Program-made: the position numbers and the translations under genes
The notes under the pieces: model-generated
The model's input: the letters and a program-made list of their open reading frames with translations, nothing else
The model's database searches: none
What the model was told of the DNA's origin: nothing
Origin: Formosa sp. Hel1_33_131
GTDB lineage: Bacteria > Bacteroidota > Bacteroidia > Flavobacteriales > Flavobacteriaceae
Assembly (NCBI RefSeq): GCF_001735745.1
Contig: NZ_CP017260.1
Span: 1,890,001 to 1,922,000 of the forward strand
Reading direction: 5' to 3'
DNA length: 32,000 nucleotides
Shown here: positions 25,621-32,000 of the stretch, piece after piece
Position numbering within the stretch: the first letter of the stretch is position 1
How the letters are laid out: each line of letters starts with the position of its first letter

Positions 25621-26292
25621 CTATTGATGAGAGATTATTGTTTTATCTATTCCTACTGACCCAATAAATCTCCACCAAATCCCTTTTTCTTTTTTTAAGA
25701 TTCCATATTCTAAGCCGTTTCGCAAGCTTAAAGGAAACATCATATAAGCTATTAATACAAGGTTTTTGTTTTCAGAAAAATAAAATCCATGTATTTTAAG
25801 ACTTGGTGTTTCTTTGAAATTCAAATTTTTATGTTCTTCTTTATAAAATTTTTCTGTATGATTAATTATCTTTGAACTTATATCAATTAACTTTTTGGTG
25901 TCAATTACTTGTCTTTCTTTGAAATTTCGATTAGAAGTTTTTTCGAAAAAATCCAAATCAGTGTCTTCTAAAAGACCAACGTATTTTTCATTAAAATACG
26001 CCTTTTTACAGTTGATTCTCATGCTCAATGTGTCTAAACTACTATTGCAAATACTATCTGCATTTTTATAGATATTCAATAATTTGTTGTATTTTATTTT
26101 AAAATTACTTGAATATTTTTTCTGCACAATATTTTTATTAATATAGATAGTCTTTTCATGATTGTATTTCTGATTAATAAAAGCATTTAAAATTTCATAA
26201 TGATTTTCTCTTAACTGGTTAGAATCATTATCTTTTTGTGCTGTGCAAAACAGACTAAATAATAAAATGTAAAATAGACTTATGTGTTTCAT
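25621..26292 (-). CDS. Exported hypothetical protein immediately downstream of the HExxH lipoprotein
   Basis: 223 aa with signal peptide MKHISLFYILLFSLFCTA|QKD. Extremely Lys/Asn/Ile-rich with no recognisable motif. It starts 20 nt after the stop of the 659-aa gene. Confidence 0.7.
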   Translation of the reverse strand: MKHISLFYILLFSLFCTAQKDNDSNQLRENHYEILNAFINQKYNHEKTIYINKNIVQKKYSSNFKIKYNKLLNIYKNADSICNSSLDTLSMRINCKKAYFNEKYVGLLEDTDLDFFEKTSNRNFKERQVIDTKKLIDISSKIINHTEKFYKEEHKNLNFKETPSLKIHGFYFSENKNLVLIAYMMFPLSLRNGLEYGILKKEKGIWWRFIGSVGIDKTIISHQ

Positions 26293-26312
26293 GACTTTAT
26301 ATATTATTTATT

Positions 26313-28292
26313 TTAAGGACATGGGCTGCCATTAGCAGCTGCCCCATTAGTGTCTTCTTGATTGTTAGCGATAACTATAGCTTCGGCTTCATTGAAATCT
26401 ATATAGCCTCCAGGACCTTGCGCACTAATCCAAGCGTCCGTGTTATATAAAGCCCCCCATGCAAGGTGTTCATAATAAGTACTGTCTTGTTGATTATTAT
26501 CGTATTCAGCTAAAGCATCGCCAATTATTTCAATAAAAGAAGCTGCCATTTGTTCATGATGGGCATCCTCAATATTGCCAACAGCAACACCATTTTCCTG
26601 AGCAACATAGAAGTTCCATACAGCTGGAAAATTATCTTGAAAATTGTTAATAATTGTTGAGTCGGTATTGTTTTCAATAACATCGTCTACATAACTTAAT
26701 ATATAAGCATGTATCGCCTCATGTAAAATAGTTCTTGCAACGGCAATTTTTGTGGCTTGGTTTTTATAAGTAGGGTCAATTACCGTTAAGTAGTCATAGG
26801 GTGTTCCCTGCCCATTTGAATCCAGAACCCAATTTGTTTCAGCAGCATGGTTTGGATTTGTAGGCGTTTCTGTTTTAATTTCCCAATCATAAGGAGCGTT
26901 CAGGTCTCCAAACCTTTTGATTACTTCTGCAATGTCAGTAGATTGCAGGGTTTTAAGTTCGCCTAAAATTCCTTTAGAGCAGTCGTCTAAATTTGCATCA
27001 ACAATTTCATCTTCAATAATTAAGGAAATAACAATATCAAGAGCTTCTTGAAAATTTTCACCGACACCATTACACATTGCATCAATAGCCGCTGTAGCAA
27101 GAGTTGTAGCTTGCGGGTTTATGACTGGGTCGTCATAGCCTGTGCCTCCAGTTGCTTGGTTGTTTTCAAAATAAGCGGTAATGTCTTTTACTGTTGAATA
27201 GTGAGCTTGTCCTGAATTGGGGTTTAAACATTCTTTTTGTTCGTCTGTGAGGTTGTCAAAAAAGGCGTCTGTTTCGCGGTCCAATCTGCTAGGTAATACA
27301 GCTATTATGATATTTTCGAGTGGGTCATCTCCGTTGGCGTTCCCTGAGGAGGATCCGCCGCCGCCCGAAGAATTGTGTAGTGGGTCGTAGTTGGGGTCGG
27401 TATTTGAATTCCCCCAAGGATTGTCTTGATCTAAATCAGATGAAGACGTTCCTGAGTCTGGACAGTCTACAAATGCCGTTTGATACATAGGGTCTCCATC
27501 TTGGTCATATCGAACATTTCCATAAGCATCAAGTAATGCTCTTGATATTATACAGATGTCATTTTCTGTTACTCCGGTAATTGCCCAGGGTCCAAAGCTA
27601 AAACCACTTCCTGTTCCAGATCCATCGCCACTGCTTGCAATAAAGCAGTCCGATGCGTCTATAATCAATATACCATTTACGACAGAAACGCTAATCCAGC
27701 AGTTGTTGGCATAGTCATAAAACATTTTGCTTTGTGTATAGTCATCAAAATCACTTGCATTAATCTGATCGCTGCTTACCTGTTCTTTGGACATATTTAA
27801 GTCTTTAAGACCAAGTCCAATTTTTTGGTATCTGTAAATATAGTATTCAATAGAATCATTGCTTTTTTTGTGTATTACAAAATTTTCAAAATGGGATTCG
27901 GGTTTCGTAGGGGTTTCAATCCTAAAGGTATACACTTTTGTGGTGTCTGTGCTTACTTCCAAAATTTCATCCGTCAATATGGTAAAGCTGTTGTCATTGC
28001 TTGTTATGGGGTCTGCCGATGTAGCCCTAGAATAAGTGCCCTGATTTTTAGAAGCCATTGTTGTATTGAACTTATTGAAATCAAATTGAGAATCGATTAA
28101 ATCCAAAGATTTTTTTATCAACGTATTCCCTTTCACTTCATTTAGAGTGACCGATTTTACGGTAAACCCTTTTGTTTCGGTTTGTGAGCTGTCTGTGAAT
28201 TCAGTGTCATCTCTTTCGCAAGAGGTAATTAAAAGTGCCATAAAGACAACATAGACAATTCGTTTGAAGGTGTTTTTTTGTGTTGTTTTCAT
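26313..28292 (-). CDS. Modular lipoprotein with C-terminal HExxH (zincin-like) module; putative surface metallopeptidase or toxin-like effector
   Basis: 659 aa with lipobox ...ALLITSC|ERDDTE. Gly/Ser linkers lie at aa 221-230 (SGDGSGTGSG) and aa 307-320 (NSSGGGGSSSGNAN). HEAIH is at aa 524-528, verified on the DNA: the reverse complement of 26709-26723 is CATGAGGCGATACAT. A further HHE is at aa 578-580. The protein family is not recognised. Confidence 0.8.
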   Translation of the reverse strand: MKTTQKNTFKRIVYVVFMALLITSCERDDTEFTDSSQTETKGFTVKSVTLNEVKGNTLIKKSLDLIDSQFDFNKFNTTMASKNQGTYSRATSADPITSNDNSFTILTDEILEVSTDTTKVYTFRIETPTKPESHFENFVIHKKSNDSIEYYIYRYQKIGLGLKDLNMSKEQVSSDQINASDFDDYTQSKMFYDYANNCWISVSVVNGILIIDASDCFIASSGDGSGTGSGFSFGPWAITGVTENDICIISRALLDAYGNVRYDQDGDPMYQTAFVDCPDSGTSSSDLDQDNPWGNSNTDPNYDPLHNSSGGGGSSSGNANGDDPLENIIIAVLPSRLDRETDAFFDNLTDEQKECLNPNSGQAHYSTVKDITAYFENNQATGGTGYDDPVINPQATTLATAAIDAMCNGVGENFQEALDIVISLIIEDEIVDANLDDCSKGILGELKTLQSTDIAEVIKRFGDLNAPYDWEIKTETPTNPNHAAETNWVLDSNGQGTPYDYLTVIDPTYKNQATKIAVARTILHEAIHAYILSYVDDVIENNTDSTIINNFQDNFPAVWNFYVAQENGVAVGNIEDAHHEQMAASFIEIIGDALAEYDNNQQDSTYYEHLAWGALYNTDAWISAQGPGGYIDFNEAEAIVIANNQEDTNGAAANGSPCP

Positions 28293-28414
28293 AACTAAGA
28301 GTTTTTAGGTTTAAATCATTTTTTTTAATGAACACCCGACTGAAACCCCTCAAATAAGTTACACTACAGGTATCCTGAGTTACAGTCTACGCGCATTCAC
28401 TTAAAAGAAAAATT

Positions 28415-28436
28415 GGTTATGAAAAGGTTATGAAAA
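28415..28436. repeat. Perfect tandem duplication of an 11-mer (GGTTATGAAAA x2)
   Basis: Read directly: 28415-28425 and 28426-28436 are identical. Confidence 0.85.
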
Positions 28437-28527
28437 ATTAGATTTGATGTCTAAGTGTTTGTAAATGTAATAATATGAAATACAGTATCCAAATAAAAAA
28501 TGATATTTTCATAAAGATAATTTAAAA

Positions 28528-28582
28528 CTATCAGTAAAATAACAGAAAACTATCAGAAAACTAACAGTAAAGTATCATAAAA
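28528..28582. repeat. Five tandem 11-bp units, consensus CTAWCAGWAAA (phased A-tracts)
   Basis: The units are CTATCAGTAAA, ATAACAGAAAA, CTATCAGAAAA, CTAACAGTAAA and GTATCATAAAA. The CAG/CAT cores are at 28532, 28543, 28554, 28565 and 28576, spaced exactly 11 nt apart. Confidence 0.85.
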
Positions 28583-28596
28583 ATGAGAATACTGCA

Positions 28597-28621
28597 TTTC
28601 CCTTACTAAAAGTAAGGGAAA
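28597..28621. promoter_or_regulatory. Perfect 11-bp inverted repeat TTTCCCTTACT-aaa-AGTAAGGGAAA, candidate operator
   Basis: Read directly. Extra half-site copies follow immediately: CCTTACT at 28623-28629 and TTCCCTT at 28638-28644. No T-run follows on either strand, so a terminator is unlikely. Confidence 0.45.
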
Positions 28622-28860
28622 ACCTTACTTTTAAAAATTCCCTTCTTAAAACAAAGGTTGCTGTTTTCAAAAAACAGTCCCAAATAATTTCAATTCAAAT
28701 ACTTTGGTTATTTTACCTTTTACACTTTTTTAAGTCTTTTTAATTACAGTATAATATGTATTGTCAATTTTTAGTTTCAATTTATTAGCATTTATACAAT
28801 ATGTATTTATAATATATAAGTTTAGATGCATATTTGCAATCTAATAAATAAGAAACTATT

Positions 28861-30528
28861 ATGTGTGGAATTGTTTGTGCATTTGATTTAAAACAAAAAT
28901 CAGAAATTTTAAGACCTCAAGTCCTTGAGATGTCAAAAAAAATAAGACACCGTGGACCGGACTGGAGCGGTATTTATAGCGATGAAAAAACCGTGATGTC
29001 GCACGAGCGTTTGGCAATTGTGGATCCTGCGTCTGGGAAACAACCGTTGCTCAGTGAAGACAAAAAACTTGTTTTGGCTGCCAATGGTGAGATTTATAAC
29101 CATCAAGACATCCGGAAACAATACGAAGGTAAATACAATTTTCAAACCCAAAGTGATTGTGAAGTCATCTTGGCACTTTATAAAGACAAAGGCGTCGATT
29201 TTGTGGACGACCTGAACGGAATTTTTGGCTTTGCGATTTACGATGTCGAAAAAGACGAATACTTTATTGCTCGTGACCACATGGGAATCATTCCTTTGTA
29301 TATAGGCTGGGATCAAAATGGCACCTTTTATGTGGCTTCAGAATTAAAAGCCTTGGAAGGAACCTGTTCTAAAATTGAGTTGTTTCCACCCGGACATTAT
29401 ATGTCTAGTAAAGACGGGAAATTTGTACAATGGTACAAAAGAGATTGGAGAGAATATGATGCCGTAAAAGAAAACGAAACAAGTATTGCGATAATTAAAG
29501 AAGCATTAGAAGCAGCGGTGCACAGACAATTAATGAGTGATGTGCCTTATGGTGTGTTGCTATCCGGTGGTTTGGATTCGTCCGTGGTATCTGCAATAGC
29601 AAAAAAATATGCTCAAAAGCGTGTGGAATCTGGTGATGAAACGGATGCTTGGTATCCGCAAACACACTCCTTTGCGGTAGGATTAGAAGGCTCTCCAGAT
29701 TTGGCAGCGGCACAAGTGGTTGCAGATCATATTGGAACCGTACATCATGAAATTAAATTCACCATTCAAGAAGGATTGGATGCCATTAAAGATGTGATTT
29801 ATAATATAGAAACGTACGATATTACCACCATTCGTTCTTCAACGCCAATGTATTTAATGGCAAGAGTTATTAAGTCTATGGGAATTAAGATGGTATTGTC
29901 TGGTGAAGGAGCCGATGAGATTTTTGGAGGCTATTTGTATTTTCATAAAGCCCCTAATGGTCAAGAATTTCATGAAGAAACAGTTCGTAAATTAGATAAG
30001 TTACACATGTACGATTGTTTGCGCGCCAACAAAAGTTTAGCGGCTTGGGGCATTGAAGGACGTGTACCATTTTTAGACAAAGAATTTATGGATGTCGCAA
30101 TGCGCATCAACCCACAAGATAAAATGATCAATGGCGAACGCATGGAAAAATGGGTCATTAGAAAAGCCTTTGAAGATATGTTGCCCGAAAGTGTAGCATG
30201 GCGTCAAAAAGAACAATTTAGCGATGGCGTTGGCTATAGCTGGATTGATACCTTAAAAGAAGTAGTTGATAAACAGGTTTCTGATGAACAATTGGCAAAT
30301 GCTAAATTCAGGTTTCCAATTCAAACCCCACAAAACAAAGAAGAATTTTATTACCGTTCCATTTTCGAAGAACATTTTCCAAGTGATGCCGCTGCTTTAA
30401 GTGTGCCGCAAGAGGCAAGTGTCGCTTGTAGTACAGCTATTGCTCTAGAATGGGATGAAGCCTTTAAAAACATGAACGAACCTTCTGGAAGAGCAATTCT
30501 AAATGTGCATGACAAAGCTTACGACTAG
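28861..30528 (+). CDS. asnB: Asparagine synthase (glutamine-hydrolysing)
   Basis: 555 aa. The N-terminal nucleophile is MCGI (Cys2) in a class-II amidotransferase domain. The synthetase domain has the PP-loop LLSGGLDSS and the block SGEGADEIFGGY. Confidence 0.96.
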   Translation: MCGIVCAFDLKQKSEILRPQVLEMSKKIRHRGPDWSGIYSDEKTVMSHERLAIVDPASGKQPLLSEDKKLVLAANGEIYNHQDIRKQYEGKYNFQTQSDCEVILALYKDKGVDFVDDLNGIFGFAIYDVEKDEYFIARDHMGIIPLYIGWDQNGTFYVASELKALEGTCSKIELFPPGHYMSSKDGKFVQWYKRDWREYDAVKENETSIAIIKEALEAAVHRQLMSDVPYGVLLSGGLDSSVVSAIAKKYAQKRVESGDETDAWYPQTHSFAVGLEGSPDLAAAQVVADHIGTVHHEIKFTIQEGLDAIKDVIYNIETYDITTIRSSTPMYLMARVIKSMGIKMVLSGEGADEIFGGYLYFHKAPNGQEFHEETVRKLDKLHMYDCLRANKSLAAWGIEGRVPFLDKEFMDVAMRINPQDKMINGERMEKWVIRKAFEDMLPESVAWRQKEQFSDGVGYSWIDTLKEVVDKQVSDEQLANAKFRFPIQTPQNKEEFYYRSIFEEHFPSDAAALSVPQEASVACSTAIALEWDEAFKNMNEPSGRAILNVHDKAYD

Positions 30529-30597
30529 AAAATTTATAAACGCAAATAAAGGCTTCTGAAGTCCTTTTTATATTTTTTTAATTTATTTTAATATCAC

Positions 30598-30630
30598 AAC
30601 GCCCTTAAATTTGATTTAAGGGCGTTTTTA
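30598..30630 (+). terminator. Strong rho-independent terminator after asnB
   Basis: AACGCCCTTAAAT-ttg-ATTTAAGGGCGTT is a 13-bp perfect stem followed by TTTT. Confidence 0.85.
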
Positions 30631-30722
30631 GTGGATTTAAGCGCGTTTTAGAAAAACAGCCGATTGTTAATAATTCCACTTAAATCACTTAAAAATCGCT
30701 TTAAATTCGATGAGAGATTAAT

Positions 30723-30730
30723 TATCTTTG
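30723..30730 (+). promoter_or_regulatory. Candidate -7 box TATCTTTG for gyrB
   Basis: Exact TAnnTTTG match, 58 nt upstream of ATG 30789. Confidence 0.4.
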
Positions 30731-30788
30731 TGTGGCTAAATGCGGTTTTTGCGGCATTTAATTTAAACTAAATAACACATTCAACACA

Positions 30789-32000
30789 ATGAGCGAAGAA
30801 GTTAATAAAAGTAGTTATTCGGCAGATAGTATTCAGGCCTTAGAAGGAATGGAACATGTGCGTATGCGTCCGTCCATGTATATTGGAGATGTAGGTTTGA
30901 GAGGATTGCACCACTTGGTGTATGAGGTGATTGACAACTCGATCGATGAAGCTTTGGCAGGTCACTGTGATAAAATTACCGTGATTATCAATGAAGATAA
31001 TTCCATCACAACGGAAGATAATGGTCGTGGTATCCCTGTAGATATTCACAAAAAAGAAGGCGTTTCTGCTTTGGAAGTTGTGATGACTAAGATTGGGGCT
31101 GGTGGTAAATTTGATAAAGATTCTTATAAAGTTTCTGGGGGTTTACACGGAGTTGGTGTCAGTTGTGTGAATGCACTCTCTGAGCATTTAAAAGCAACGG
31201 TTTTCAGAGATGGAAAAGTTTATGAGCAAGAATACGAACGCGGTAAAGCGATGTATCCTGTGAAGCAAGTCGGGGAAACTGATAGAAGAGGAACGACGGT
31301 TACTTTTAGACCCGATCCTCAAATATTTACACAGACTTTAGTATATGTATATGATACCTTAGCGAGTCGTTTAAGAGAGTTGGCGTTTTTGAATAAAGGC
31401 ATTACCGTTGTGCTTGTTGATGAAAGAGAAAAAGACGAAAAAGGCGAATTTGTGGGTGAGACGTTTCATTCTACCGAAGGACTTTCAGAGTTTATCAAAT
31501 ATTTGGACAGCAACCGTGATCCGATCATGAAAAGCGTCATTGCTTTTGAAGGGGAGAAAAACGGAGTTCCTGTAGAAGTTGCGATGATTTATAACACCTC
31601 TTATGCGGAGAATTTACATTCCTATGTAAATAATATTAATACCCATGAAGGAGGAACCCACTTATCTGGTTTCCGTCGGGGACTGACCCATACATTAAAA
31701 AAATATGCCGATGAATCGGGGATGTTAGACAAGCTTAAGTTTGACATTGCAGGGGATGATTTCCGTGAAGGATTGACTGCTATTATTTCTGTAAAAGTTC
31801 AAGAACCACAATTTGAAGGACAGACCAAAACCAAGTTAGGAAACAGAGAAGTATCTGCTTCCGTGAGTCAGGCCGTTTCAGAAATGCTGACCAACTATTT
31901 AGAGGAAAATCCGGACGATGCTAAAATCATTGTTCAAAAAGTGATCCTTGCAGCGCAAGCCCGTCATGCAGCCCAAAAGGCACGTGACATGGTGCAACGT
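30789..32000 (+). CDS. gyrB: DNA gyrase subunit B (5' part; continues past window end)
   Basis: Absent from the ORF track because there is no stop in the window. Manual translation from ATG 30789 gives MSEEVNKSSYSADSIQALEGMEHVRMRPSMYIGDVGLRGLHHLVYEVIDNSIDEALAGHCD...EDNGRGIPVDIH...GGLHGVGVSCVNALS..., the GHKL ATPase motifs of GyrB. The frame stays open for 404 codons to position 32000. Confidence 0.95.
   Translation, partial: MSEEVNKSSYSADSIQALEGMEHVRMRPSMYIGDVGLRGLHHLVYEVIDNSIDEALAGHCDKITVIINEDNSITTEDNGRGIPVDIHKKEGVSALEVVMTKIGAGGKFDKDSYKVSGGLHGVGVSCVNALSEHLKATVFRDGKVYEQEYERGKAMYPVKQVGETDRRGTTVTFRPDPQIFTQTLVYVYDTLASRLRELAFLNKGITVVLVDEREKDEKGEFVGETFHSTEGLSEFIKYLDSNRDPIMKSVIAFEGEKNGVPVEVAMIYNTSYAENLHSYVNNINTHEGGTHLSGFRRGLTHTLKKYADESGMLDKLKFDIAGDDFREGLTAIISVKVQEPQFEGQTKTKLGNREVSASVSQAVSEMLTNYLEENPDDAKIIVQKVILAAQARHAAQKARDMVQR

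Noticed and set aside
28438-28512. 24-codon hydrophobic mini-ORF on the minus strand (MKISFFIWILYFILLHLQTLRHQI*), possibly a small membrane peptide or type I toxin
   Set aside because: In DNA this AT-rich, Phe/Ile/Leu/Tyr codons arise by chance. I saw no promoter box, antisense RNA feature or conservation evidence. It is worth a look only if ribosome profiling or conservation supports it.
28415-28582. Tandem 11-mers considered as a possible CRISPR or minisatellite array
   Set aside because: The units are 11 nt with no spacers and there are no cas genes in the window. This is not CRISPR architecture, so I treat it as a regulatory or curved-DNA repeat instead.
27825-31049. Antisense ORFs 27825-28100, 28933-29316, 29018-29215, 29495-29713, 29970-30158 and 30840-31049
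   Set aside because: All overlap strongly supported genes (the 659-aa lipoprotein, asnB, gyrB) on the opposite strand or in another frame, and none has a motif.

Overview
Gene-dense chromosomal segment, about 91% coding by my own tally of the gaps. It reads as a Flavobacteriia (Bacteroidota) genome. Evidence: gliding and type IX secretion genes gldJ, porU and porV, T9SS C-terminal sorting domains, TAnnTTTG -7 promoter boxes, and signal peptides cleaved around A/Q. Most of the window is conserved housekeeping: pdhA-pdhC, cdd, murF, tRNA-Val(GAC), ffh, folD, an rluF-like gene, queE, asnB and the 5' part of gyrB. Two regions look accessory. (i) 1-2.9 kb holds a T9SS cargo gene and a large lipoprotein, punctuated by three near-identical copies of one terminator hairpin. 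(ii) 23.5-28.9 kb holds an AT-rich four-gene minus-strand cluster in which every product has a signal peptide. It is headed by a 659-aa modular lipoprotein with a C-terminal HExxH module. It is preceded by an unusually long 568-bp intergenic region with five phased 11-bp tandem repeats and an 11-bp perfect palindrome. This cluster is my best candidate for an undescribed system: a surface or secreted zincin-like effector plus exported partner or immunity-like proteins. That function is inferred only from sequence grammar, because no homology or structure search was possible. No CRISPR array, rRNA, transposase or integrase was seen.
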